36,627 nt of DNA. Origin: Rhabdochlamydiaceae bacterium. GTDB lineage: Bacteria > Chlamydiota > Chlamydiia > Chlamydiales > Rhabdochlamydiaceae. The stretch is taken from the NCBI GenBank assembly GCA_041487155.1, contig JBGPMV010000001.1, positions 1-36,627 on the forward strand, given 5' to 3'. This document shows, piece by piece, positions 1 to 8,547 of this stretch. The notes under the pieces were generated by a model. It saw only the letters and a list, made by a program, of their open reading frames with translations. It ran no database searches and was not told the DNA's origin. Position numbers and translations under genes: made by a program. Every line of letters starts with the position of its first letter. Position 1 is the stretch's first letter.

Positions 1-1277
1 GTCACGTTTTTAATTTTATAGAGCCGCGACTCTTTTTTATCGTACTTTCCCTCTGTGAACACAACCATAGAGGCGACGAGATCCGATCCGGAGATATTCG
101 ACGTATCAAAACATTCGATTCTCTCGGGATAGCGTGTCAGATGCAGCGTCTCTTGAAGATCAAGAAGCATTTTTTCAGTGAGATCGCGATCGTCTTTTTC
201 TTGTTTAAAAAGAACAAGAGCATTTTTTTCTGCCATCTCAACAATCTCTTTTTTCTCTCCTTTTTGAGGAGTCGTGATTTTGATCTGCAGGATTTCTTCA
301 AGCTCGCGCGGAAGATCAAGAGGAATGATCACCTGAATAGGCAGCGGCCTCCGGTCTTTGTAATATTGAACAAGAAAAGAGGAGAGGAGCTCCTCGTTGC
401 TTTCCACAACATCGGTAAACGAGTAGTGCTCCGAGCCGACAAGCTTTCCTTCCCGGAAGAATAGCTGGGCGACCATGACATCGTGCCCTTGCCTATAGAG
501 GCCGAGCGCGTCGGTATCTTTTCCGATGGCTTTCGCAACAAGGCCGCTGCCGGAAGTGACATGTTCAATTTGTTTAATCGTCTGCAAAAGAGCCGCCGCT
601 TTTTCGTATTCAAGCGCTTCTGAAGCGGCCTGCATCTCTTTTTTGAGCTGCAAGATCACCGCCTCGTCTTCTCCCTTTAAAAAGTGCGTTGCCTGATCCA
701 CAATAGCCTTATACTCTTCCTTCGTGCACAGATTCACACAGGGCGCCACGCACCGCTTGATGCCATAGAGAAGGCACGGCCGTGTCCGTTTTTTAAGCTC
801 TTGATCAGAACATTGCCTCAGCGGAAAAAGGCGGCCCATTAAATCAAAGGTTTGCCTTGCCGCAAAAGCGCTCGTAAAAGGGCCAAAATAGAGGCCGTCT
901 TTTTTCGGTTTTCCTTTATAGCGGACCAGCTCTACCCTCGGCCAAGGATGTTTATGATTGATCATCAGACTCACAAAAGTTTTATCGTCTTTGAGCAGCG
1001 CATTAAATTTCGGCTGGTGTTTTTTGATCAGCGTGTTTTCAAGAAGAAGCGCCTCTTTTTCAGAAGGGACCACGATGATATCTATCGATGCAACCTCCGC
1101 AATTAAAAACGGTACCATCGGCCTTCCATCACGTCCGGGAGCGAAGTATTGTTTGATGCGCGTTTTTAAATTTTTTGCTTTACCGACATAGAGGACCTCT
1201 TTTGCATCATTCTTCATAAGGTAGACGCCGGGATCGGTCGAGTATTTATCTAGCACTTTGGGATCAAAAGAGCTCAA
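1..1277 (-). CDS. uvrC: Excinuclease ABC subunit C (runs off the left edge; not in ORF track)
   Basis: Manual translation from TTG at 1277 (GGGAG upstream): MSSFDPKVLDKYSTDPGVYLMKNDAKEVLYVGKAKNLKTRIKQYF (GIY-YIG domain), and ERIECFDTSNISGSDLVASMVVF near 60-130 (UvrC RNase H-like domain). Overlaps the end of mutS. Confidence 0.95.
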   Translation of the reverse strand, partial: MSSFDPKVLDKYSTDPGVYLMKNDAKEVLYVGKAKNLKTRIKQYFAPGRDGRPMVPFLIAEVASIDIIVVPSEKEALLLENTLIKKHQPKFNALLKDDKTFVSLMINHKHPWPRVELVRYKGKPKKDGLYFGPFTSAFAARQTFDLMGRLFPLRQCSDQELKKRTRPCLLYGIKRCVAPCVNLCTKEEYKAIVDQATHFLKGEDEAVILQLKKEMQAASEALEYEKAAALLQTIKQIEHVTSGSGLVAKAIGKDTDALGLYRQGHDVMVAQLFFREGKLVGSEHYSFTDVVESNEELLSSFLVQYYKDRRPLPIQVIIPLDLPRELEEILQIKITTPQKGEKKEIVEMAEKNALVLFKQEKDDRDLTEKMLLDLQETLHLTRYPERIECFDTSNISGSDLVASMVVFTEGKYDKKESRLYKIKNV

Positions 1278-3630
1278 GCTGGCTCCCTTTCTTAAGTTCG
1301 GGAGCATTATGATGCAGTTTTGTCAGCATCTCCTGCGCTTTTTTTAGCACAGAGAAGGGAAGTCCGGCGAGCTTTGCCACATGGATGCCGTAGCTTTTAT
1401 CAGCGCCTCCTCGGACGATGCGGTGCAAAAAGACGATCCCTTGTTCCGACTCAACAACCGCGACGTTGTAGTTGACAGCGCCCTTCATCCCTTTTTCAAG
1501 CTCAGTCAGCTCAAAATAGTGCGTTGCAAAAAGAGTTTTGGCTCTTTTCCCCGGCGTAGTCAAGAAGAAATCGGCCACCGACCAGGCAATTGCAATCCCG
1601 TCATAAGTGCTAGTGCCCCGTCCGATTTCATCTAAAATGACAAGCGATTTGGAAGTCGCGTTATGCAAAATGTTGGCAGTTTCGCTCATCTCCACCATAA
1701 ACGTCGATTGCCCGCGGCTCAGATCGTCGCTTGCGCCAATGCGCGTAAAGAGTTTATCGACCACTCCGATTTCTGCTTTTTTTGCCGGGATAAAGCAGCC
1801 CATTTGGGCCATTAAAACCAGCAATGCCGCTTGCCGAATAAACGTCGATTTTCCTGCCATGTTCGGCCCTGTAATCACCAGCAGCTGCTCATTTTCTCCA
1901 TCCATCACAATGTCATTGGGAACAAACGACTGCTTTTCAATCGACGCTTCAATCACAGGATGCCTTCCGGCGGTGATTGCGATGCGGTCGTTATCTGTGA
2001 CAACGGGCCGGACATAGCCCTGTTTTCGTGCCACATCGGCAAAACTTAAAATGACATCGAGGTGTGCCAGTTTTTTTGCAACGCTCCGAATATGTTCTGC
2101 AGACTTCCCAATTTCCTCCCGCAGCTCATGAAAAAGTTTGTTTTCCAAATAACCGATTTTTTCTTCAGCCGAGTAGATTTTATGCTCAAACTCTTTCAGC
2201 TCCGGCGAAATAAACCGCTCGGCATTCACCAGTGTTTGCCTCCGCTGAAAATTGAGAGGCATCTTATCGGATTGTCCCCGGCTGACATCGATGTAATATC
2301 CAAACGCCTGCGTGTAGCCGACTTTAAGCGTTTTGATTTGAAGGTTTTCTCTCAGCTGCGCCTGGTACGAGGCAAGCCACGTTTGACTCTCTGTTTTAAG
2401 CTTCCTGATTGCATCCAGCTCCTCATGATACCCCTCTTTAAAAATCCCCCCCTCGCTGAGTTTAAGAGGAGGATGATCAACGACGGCTCTTTTAATCAGC
2501 TCGTGGACCACTGAAAGATCTTCCACCGGAAGAATCAAAGGAATCGGCTCTAAAGAATATCGGAGGCCGACTAAATCGCGCGGAGAAGTATATCCCGTCT
2601 CAATCCGCATGATCAGCCGCTCTAAATCACGCACATTTTTTAAAGCCTCTCTGAGCGCTACCCTCTTTTTATCGTCTTGAAAATAGAGCTGCACTTCCTC
2701 TTGACGCTTTTCGATCTCTTTAACCGACAAAAGAGGATGGACGAGCCACTCTTTAAACAGCCGCCCTCCCATCGGAGTAACCGTTGTATCCAGCACAGAA
2801 AGAAGAGTCAATCCCTTATCATGCAGAGGCTCTATGAGCTCCAGGTGTTTTTGCGTTGTCCTGTCCAGCCATAAAAACTGATCGGTCTGAACCGGATAAA
2901 TCTTTTTCAAGTGGGGGAGCTTTAAATTCAAATATTCTGTTACATGCGCAAGGAGCCCGCCCGCCGCACTAATGCAAGCCGTCATCCCTTTCAGTCCAAA
3001 GCCATCGAGAGAGTGGACTCCAAAATGCCGAATGAGCTTTTCTAAACAGCTTTCATGATCAAACTCCCACTCTTCCTTCACTTGCACTCCGGCAGATTCC
3101 AGAGATAGTTTTTTCGAAGCTTTTTCACTCAGGAGCACCTCTTGAGGCTTGAGCCGTTCAAGCTCATCCAAGAGCTGCGAGCCGTCGATAAACTCCATGA
3201 CCCGGAAATCAGCCGTTGTGACATCGAGCGCTGCAAGCCCAAAGATTGAACCAACCTGGACAACGGCGGCGATAAAATTAGAGACTTTGTCTTGGAGCAG
3301 CGCCGACTGAATCACCGAACCCGGTGTTAATAGACGGACGATTTCCCGCTTGACGATTCCCTTAGCTTCTTTGGGATCTTCCATCTGTTCTGCAACGGCC
3401 ACTCGATAGCCCTTACCGACCAAACGGTCTAAATAGACCTCTGCCGCATGCGCAGGGATGCCTGCCATAGGCGTTTCTTGCCGCTTGGTCAGCACAAGAT
3501 CGAGCTCCTTAGAAAGCACGACGGCATCGTCTTCAAACGCCTCATAAAAGTCGCCCAAGCGGAAAAGTAACAGCGCCCCTTTTGCTTGCGCCTTGCACGC
3601 CTGCCACTGAGCCATCATCGGTGTTGTCAT
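1264..3630 (-). CDS. mutS: DNA mismatch repair protein MutS
   Basis: N-terminal TPMMAQW...LLFRLGDFYEAF mismatch-binding motif; Walker A GPNMAGKST; STFMVEM; DEIGRGTST; SYGIHVAKLAG; C-terminal QLELF clamp-binding motif. Confidence 0.98.
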   Translation of the reverse strand: MTTPMMAQWQACKAQAKGALLLFRLGDFYEAFEDDAVVLSKELDLVLTKRQETPMAGIPAHAAEVYLDRLVGKGYRVAVAEQMEDPKEAKGIVKREIVRLLTPGSVIQSALLQDKVSNFIAAVVQVGSIFGLAALDVTTADFRVMEFIDGSQLLDELERLKPQEVLLSEKASKKLSLESAGVQVKEEWEFDHESCLEKLIRHFGVHSLDGFGLKGMTACISAAGGLLAHVTEYLNLKLPHLKKIYPVQTDQFLWLDRTTQKHLELIEPLHDKGLTLLSVLDTTVTPMGGRLFKEWLVHPLLSVKEIEKRQEEVQLYFQDDKKRVALREALKNVRDLERLIMRIETGYTSPRDLVGLRYSLEPIPLILPVEDLSVVHELIKRAVVDHPPLKLSEGGIFKEGYHEELDAIRKLKTESQTWLASYQAQLRENLQIKTLKVGYTQAFGYYIDVSRGQSDKMPLNFQRRQTLVNAERFISPELKEFEHKIYSAEEKIGYLENKLFHELREEIGKSAEHIRSVAKKLAHLDVILSFADVARKQGYVRPVVTDNDRIAITAGRHPVIEASIEKQSFVPNDIVMDGENEQLLVITGPNMAGKSTFIRQAALLVLMAQMGCFIPAKKAEIGVVDKLFTRIGASDDLSRGQSTFMVEMSETANILHNATSKSLVILDEIGRGTSTYDGIAIAWSVADFFLTTPGKRAKTLFATHYFELTELEKGMKGAVNYNVAVVESEQGIVFLHRIVRGGADKSYGIHVAKLAGLPFSVLKKAQEMLTKLHHNAPELKKGSQLELF

Positions 3631-3637
3631 ACGGGAT

Positions 3638-3666
3638 ATTATCTGAAGAAAGGAGATTTGAGTCTA
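3638..3666 (-). promoter_or_regulatory. Putative sigma66/70 promoter of mutS (leaderless arrangement)
   Basis: Minus strand TAGACT-17 nt-GATAAT, then 7 nt to the ATG; no SD. Confidence 0.45.
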
Positions 3667-4118
3667 TCAAGTAGATGACGGATCAAAGAAACATTTTTAA
3701 CCGGAGCTTTTTCTTCTTGCTGAGTAGGTTCAATTTTTTCAAGCGCGGTTTCAACGCGCTTTAACCCGAGCTTAAGCATCTCTTCGTACTCCGAGATTTG
3801 CTGACGGATTTGAGTTAATTTTTGACGGATCTCCGCCTCGTTTTCGGGGGAATCGACCGACGAGCGCCTCAGAAGCCTGGAAGGGGCTTGCATCTGCCGA
3901 GCTTCATCTTCGACTTTAAACACTGAAGAAAGAATTTGAGTGATTGTTTGAACCTGCTGGCTTCTCCACTCATCCCATGACGCATCATACGATGAAATAT
4001 CCGGTTTATCACTTTGTCCTTGTTTGTCCATGAGTCCATTAAATCGCCGGTACTCATTTCTGTAAATAGAATTAAAAATTTCAAATTCAGATGCAATTGC
4101 CTTGCACATGCATCTCAT
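3639..4118 (-). CDS. Hypothetical coiled-coil protein (start may be ATG at 4031)
   Basis: 159-aa ORF with heptad-like EAEIRQKLTQIRQQISEYEEMLK segment and amphipathic C-terminus SLIRHLLDRLKSPFFR; no family recognised. Confidence 0.6.
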   Translation of the reverse strand: MRCMCKAIASEFEIFNSIYRNEYRRFNGLMDKQGQSDKPDISSYDASWDEWRSQQVQTITQILSSVFKVEDEARQMQAPSRLLRRSSVDSPENEAEIRQKLTQIRQQISEYEEMLKLGLKRVETALEKIEPTQQEEKAPVKNVSLIRHLLDRLKSPFFR

Positions 4119-4180
4119 AACGCTGCTTGTAAATTACATTATATATGCATAATGACGCTTAAAAACGACGTTATTGATGG

Positions 4181-7100
4181 TTAAAACCTTACATTCATCT
4201 GGGCATAGAAAGCGTTATCGTTAAACCTCTGACCAAAGCGGCCCTGATAGAAAAGAGAAAGGCCGTAGGCTTGATCTGCAAACGTGGAATCAACGCCTGC
4301 TTTGAGGCTGCCGAGCGCGCGTGAAGGATTTTGACCTTTCACATTCAGGAAGCATCCGTTAAAGCCTGCCTTTTCATGGGCTCCGTTGAATCTAGCTTCA
4401 TAGATACCGCTTCCTTGAAGAAAAGGAGTAACGATAGCCCGAGATGTTAAAAAGCAATGGGAGAGCTTAATGCCTGCCTCTGTGGTAAGGAGATCGGAGC
4501 TTTTACTTGCGACATGGAGGTTTAAGCTTTGAGCGCCGTGTTCTTTGAAACTGCCTTCATACAGGTAGAGGTAGCCTGCATCTACAAAGGGTGATAGGAT
4601 GATGAGCCCGCGCTTAAAATCACCCATTGCTTTGACGTGGAACGAGCCTTGCAACCCATAGTGCTGTCCCTTGGCATGCCTGTTAAATTCTTCCAAAAAA
4701 TTAAAAAAGATATGACGGTTTGTCCGGTAACTGTTGTAGCCGAAGATCAGAGAGGATTCAAGGTAGGTATGCGGTTTGCCCCATTTGCCATAGAGTGAGG
4801 CATACCCCGTATCTTGGTTTGCAGAGCCTGACTTTTCGGTCCACTCAAGGTTAGAGTGAGAGTAGCCAATAAAGCCTCCTAGAAGAAAATTATGCGTTGC
4901 AAATCCATCCACTCCAAGAAGAACGCCGGGCGTTGTAGCACGGTAGCCAGGGTTTTGTTTATTAGAGCCTTGTGTTTGACGTGTCCCAAAAGGGAGCATC
5001 CACACGTTCATTCCTTTGTTTTCATCTCCGCAATACGGCTGGAATGTCTCGATGTAATTAAATAATCCCTGATTGACATCAAGAGTGTTATTTTCTTGCA
5101 TCAGAGCAAGCGCTGTAAATTGCGAAGGCTGCATATGAAGCAGTGCGTCTTGAAGCTTGTTGAGATCGACCTTTCGCACAAAATATAGATTGGAGATAAC
5201 AGATGTTAGATCAGAGCCCTGCGGAGGATGAAAGCTGTCTAGGCAATGGGCGACTTTAGCAGCATTTCCACTTGAGACAAAGGGTGATATAGGCAGCATC
5301 ATAATCTGCAAAAGGACATCATTAGTTGTATAACTCGCCTGACCGGAAAACAATGGAAACTTGGAAAAGACCTTTGAAAATGTTCCCGTGACGCCTCCGG
5401 GATTATGTGTATGAATGATTGTCTGGGTTACAGCCGATGTATAGTTGGCCGGGAGTGGAATAAATTCAAGCGCAGCCCCGGGCTGAATCGTCATGGTTCC
5501 CGTGACGTCTACAAGATCAGCTGTCGTCGGCGTGAGTTCAATAACGGTTGTCGATCCGGGAGCTAGGGTTTGCGCACCGACAAAGAAAATGGGGCCAATG
5601 CTATTGCCCGGAGATAGGATTCCTTGGATGGTAACATTTTTGGCAATCATTCCACTTCCGCCCAGAGTCGCTCCGGGAGATACGGTCATAGTGCCTCCGC
5701 CTATAAGCGAACCATTCATGAAAAGAGTGCCCGAAGCAACCGTGACCAGTCCCGGTAGATTGCTTGCTCCGGTGAAGTTTAAAGATCCTGACCCTTCTGT
5801 GACAAGCATTCCTGATCCTGTGATTGAACCGTTATAGGTCCCTGCGCCTGTTTGGTTAAAAACAAGATTGGCATTGTCTGTGATGTTTCCTTGCAGGCTC
5901 GTCGCATCGCCTTGGAGCGTACCGGCAGAGACCGTCGTTCCTCCTGAATAGGTGTTTGCGCCTGTCAGAATCACAGTGCCCAAGCCCAGCTTCATGATGG
6001 AGCCTCCTGATCCACTGATGACTCCGGCAAAAGTTGTGTTGTTTCCCGTGCCAAAGATCAGTTGTTTACCGCCGAGGACAACAGCGCTGCCCGGTACACC
6101 GAGCAAATCATTAATGGTTGTGTTCGAAGAAATGAGGCCCGAAATGTCAAAAGTTGCAGTTGGGCTGTTTACATTCACAAAGCTTGAGTTGGAAATCGCT
6201 GCGGAGCCTATAAGTTTAAGAGCGCCATCATTGATCGTTGTTCCGCCTGTATAGGTGTTAAAGTTCGAAAAAGTCGATGGAAGAGAGCCTTGCTTGACAA
6301 TCGAGCCTCCTCCACTGATGACTCCGGCAAAAATTCCAAATGATATGAGAATATCCGATCCGAAAGTCAGAGTGTTATTGCCAAGGACTACGGAGGCCCC
6401 AGTAAAGGAACTGACTAACGCTCCTATCGTGGTTCCCGGAGCAGTAATCATGCTAATATCAAAAACAGTGCTGGAACTATTTAGACTGAGAAAGCCCTGT
6501 GGAAAAAGCGCGCCTGATCCAACCAGCTTGAGCGTGCCTAGTAAGATGTTTGTTCCGCCTGTGTACGTGTTTGCTTCAGCGAACATCACCGTACCGGTGC
6601 CGTCTTTGGTAATCGTTCCTCCCACACCGCTGATGACGCCGGCAAAAAGAGTAGGATTAGCTGTCCCAAACTGGAGACCGTTGGACCCAAGCACGACAGA
6701 GCTGCCGGTAGCGCCTGACAAATCATTAATGTCTGTAGTAAGAGGTCCTACAAGCGCGCTGATGTCAAAGATTGAAGTTGCGCTATTGACATTGACAAAG
6801 GATGAGGTTGAAAGATTTCCTGCATCAACAAGCATGAGAGTGCCGTTATTGATCGTGGTACCGCCTGTATAGGTTTCCATTGCTGATAAAATTAACGTTC
6901 CGGAGCCCTGTTTGGTGAAATCGCCTAGTCCACTGATGACTCCATCAAAGTTTATACTGGGTGTGCTTGTCCCAACCACAAGAGCTTTATTGACAGGGCC
7001 CAGTACAACAGAGCTATCTGTAACACCCGACAAATCCCCGATGGTCGTAGAGGCGGTGATCCCGCTGACGTCAAAAATTGAAGTTGCGCTATTGACGCTA

Positions 7101-7960
7101 ACTGCCCCTGCGAAATACAGAGATCCAATGCCGGAGAGGCTCAGAGTGCCATTGCTGATGATTGTTCCATCGGTATAATTGTTGCTCCCCATCAAAACTA
7201 AAGTGCCGCTGCCTAGTTTAATAAGAGTTCCGGGGCCGGTGCTGGTCCCGGTTAAGGTGGTTGTAACCAAGGAGGTGCTCGTATTAATTCGACTTGTTGT
7301 TGAATTAAATATTATCGTTCTAGCTGAGAAAAAACTGGCTGTTGTCAATAACTGCCCGCCATTAAAAGTAAGAGATCCTGAAGCATTTCCCAGATTGGCG
7401 TCAGAGCTTACAGAAAGAGGGCCTGAATTTATAGTTGTCCCGCCGGTGTATAGGTTGCTGTTATTCAGAATAATAGTTCCCGCACCTGACTTGATATAGC
7501 CTCCCGGGCCTGATATCACCCCATTAATTGTGGTCGATGATGCTGGATTGAATCTACTATGTAGTAGGGAGCTAGACAAGGTTATGGGTGTATTTACGAA
7601 AGCTGTTCCACGGTCGGTTAAAAGGGCAGCAGTGCCGGACGAGACTTGGAAATTGATAGAATTACCGAATATTGCATCAAAAGTGTATTGAGTTTCAGAT
7701 ATAGAATCTAATGTTCCCACGGTTGGAGTAATGGTTTCACATGAAACTTCGAATGGGCCGCCAATCATTGGGCTGAAATTAGCAACATCATCGACAAATT
7801 GAGGAACAACATTGTTATCCCAATTAGCAGGAACTCCCCAGTCGCCTACCGGGGATGTATCGATCCACGTTGCAGAAATAGCGGAGAACAAGGGAGCCTG
7901 CACGCAGGCCGTGAAAAAACAGAGAGAATAATAGAGCGCTTGCCGTTTATTACAACCCAT
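4181..7960 (-). CDS. Autotransporter (type Va) with passenger-associated beta-strand repeats
   Basis: Signal peptide; repeated KxGxGTLxLxGxNxYTGGTTINxGTL (PATR-like) units; GxLSPGNSIG motif; C-terminal beta-barrel ending in Phe (QMNVRF). Confidence 0.93.
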   Translation of the reverse strand: MGCNKRQALYYSLCFFTACVQAPLFSAISATWIDTSPVGDWGVPANWDNNVVPQFVDDVANFSPMIGGPFEVSCETITPTVGTLDSISETQYTFDAIFGNSINFQVSSGTAALLTDRGTAFVNTPITLSSSLLHSRFNPASSTTINGVISGPGGYIKSGAGTIILNNSNLYTGGTTINSGPLSVSSDANLGNASGSLTFNGGQLLTTASFFSARTIIFNSTTSRINTSTSLVTTTLTGTSTGPGTLIKLGSGTLVLMGSNNYTDGTIISNGTLSLSGIGSLYFAGAVSVNSATSIFDVSGITASTTIGDLSGVTDSSVVLGPVNKALVVGTSTPSINFDGVISGLGDFTKQGSGTLILSAMETYTGGTTINNGTLMLVDAGNLSTSSFVNVNSATSIFDISALVGPLTTDINDLSGATGSSVVLGSNGLQFGTANPTLFAGVISGVGGTITKDGTGTVMFAEANTYTGGTNILLGTLKLVGSGALFPQGFLSLNSSSTVFDISMITAPGTTIGALVSSFTGASVVLGNNTLTFGSDILISFGIFAGVISGGGSIVKQGSLPSTFSNFNTYTGGTTINDGALKLIGSAAISNSSFVNVNSPTATFDISGLISSNTTINDLLGVPGSAVVLGGKQLIFGTGNNTTFAGVISGSGGSIMKLGLGTVILTGANTYSGGTTVSAGTLQGDATSLQGNITDNANLVFNQTGAGTYNGSITGSGMLVTEGSGSLNFTGASNLPGLVTVASGTLFMNGSLIGGGTMTVSPGATLGGSGMIAKNVTIQGILSPGNSIGPIFFVGAQTLAPGSTTVIELTPTTADLVDVTGTMTIQPGAALEFIPLPANYTSAVTQTIIHTHNPGGVTGTFSKVFSKFPLFSGQASYTTNDVLLQIMMLPISPFVSSGNAAKVAHCLDSFHPPQGSDLTSVISNLYFVRKVDLNKLQDALLHMQPSQFTALALMQENNTLDVNQGLFNYIETFQPYCGDENKGMNVWMLPFGTRQTQGSNKQNPGYRATTPGVLLGVDGFATHNFLLGGFIGYSHSNLEWTEKSGSANQDTGYASLYGKWGKPHTYLESSLIFGYNSYRTNRHIFFNFLEEFNRHAKGQHYGLQGSFHVKAMGDFKRGLIILSPFVDAGYLYLYEGSFKEHGAQSLNLHVASKSSDLLTTEAGIKLSHCFLTSRAIVTPFLQGSGIYEARFNGAHEKAGFNGCFLNVKGQNPSRALGSLKAGVDSTFADQAYGLSLFYQGRFGQRFNDNAFYAQMNVRF
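5930..7250 (-). repeat. About four tandem ~100-105-aa passenger repeats within the autotransporter
   Basis: CC(A/G)CTGATGAC (antisense of F[A/D]GVISG) recurs at 6012, 6312, 6627 and 6930, spacing 300-315 bp. Confidence 0.85.
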
Positions 7961-7969
7961 AACTTGGGA

Positions 7970-7992
7970 TATAATCGAAGGTATCGATTATA
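7970..7992. promoter_or_regulatory. Perfect 9-5-9 palindrome overlapping the extended -10 of the autotransporter
   Basis: TATAATCGA-AGGTA-TCGATTATA; on the minus strand it includes TGcTATAAT, and it ends 9 nt before the ATG. Confidence 0.55.
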
Positions 7993-8001
7993 GCAAATTT
8001 A

Positions 8002-8432
8002 TTAAAACCTTACACCTATTTTATCAGCCCGATGATTCGGCGAGCAGAGAGCCGCTCCTCATGCTCAAAAGCTGTTTCGAATGCGCTCCGCTCCGAGGCC
8101 TTCATAACCCCTGCGGATTTTTCTTTGGTCGAGCTCTTTTTGGCAGCTTCTCTAAATCAAGCATCAGACCGGTATCATCATTAGCTGTCTCCGGAAGTGA
8201 AGTTTAATGTCCCAACTGTAATCCCTGCAGTTACAAAAACAAATCTTTGTACCACTGCCGGAAAATTTGCAGTTGTATTGGGACCATTAGGAGGAAGTGC
8301 GTTCCAATTGTCGGGATCTATCCAGTTTTGACTCATAGTAGATGCCCCCGTCCAGGTTACAGCCGCTAAGGTTGATTGGACGCATGCCGAATAGAGGCAT
8401 AGAGAGCAAAATAGCGATCTTCTTGCGTTCAC
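8002..8432 (-). pseudogene. Internally deleted autotransporter paralogue (N-terminal 83 codons plus last ~6 codons)
   Basis: 8432-8181 encodes a signal peptide and N-terminus (SLCLYSACVQ...VTWTG...NW.DPDNWN) resembling the neighbour (SLCFFTACVQ...ATW...DW..PANWD). 8022-8002 reads KIGVRF*, matching the neighbour's QMNVRF* (shared TGTAAGGTTTTAA). Confidence 0.8.
8022..8174. mobile_element. ~153-bp imperfect palindromic (MITE/RPE-like) element
   Basis: Terminal arms TATCAGCCCGATGATT and revcomp TACCGGTCTGATGCTT (11/16 identical, mostly transitions); inner arms AGAGAGCCGC / GCAGCTTCTCT; TA at both ends; no coding capacity evident. Confidence 0.5.
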
Positions 8433-8511
8433 ATGCGCTCCTAAAAAAAAGTCTTTGTCTCACTTAATAGTAAAGATCGTAAATAAATACAAAGTTTTTG
8501 ACTCTTCAGCA

Positions 8512-8540
8512 TTGCCAAGACGGGGAAAATGTCTTATCCT
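8512..8540 (+). promoter_or_regulatory. Putative sigma66/70 promoter of dnaG (leaderless arrangement)
   Basis: TTGCCA-17 nt-TATCCT, then 7 nt to ATG 8548; no SD. Confidence 0.55.
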
Positions 8541-8547
8541 GGCTTTT

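Noticed and set aside
137-1191. Several short ORFs on both strands
   Set aside because: All overlap uvrC, which the track missed because it runs off the window edge.
1264-3630. MutS shorter than usual (788 aa), possible pseudogene
   Set aside because: All key motifs and the C-terminal clamp-binding motif are present in one frame; it looks compact, not broken.
5493-7499. Series of + strand ORFs with repeated ...IVVPPV ends
   Set aside because: Antisense shadows of the Gly/Thr/Ser repeats of the autotransporter; their periodicity mirrors the real gene.
8455-8547. N-terminal extension of DnaG in the ORF track
   Set aside because: The region holds promoter elements, and primase similarity begins at MPLYTKESLD (8548).
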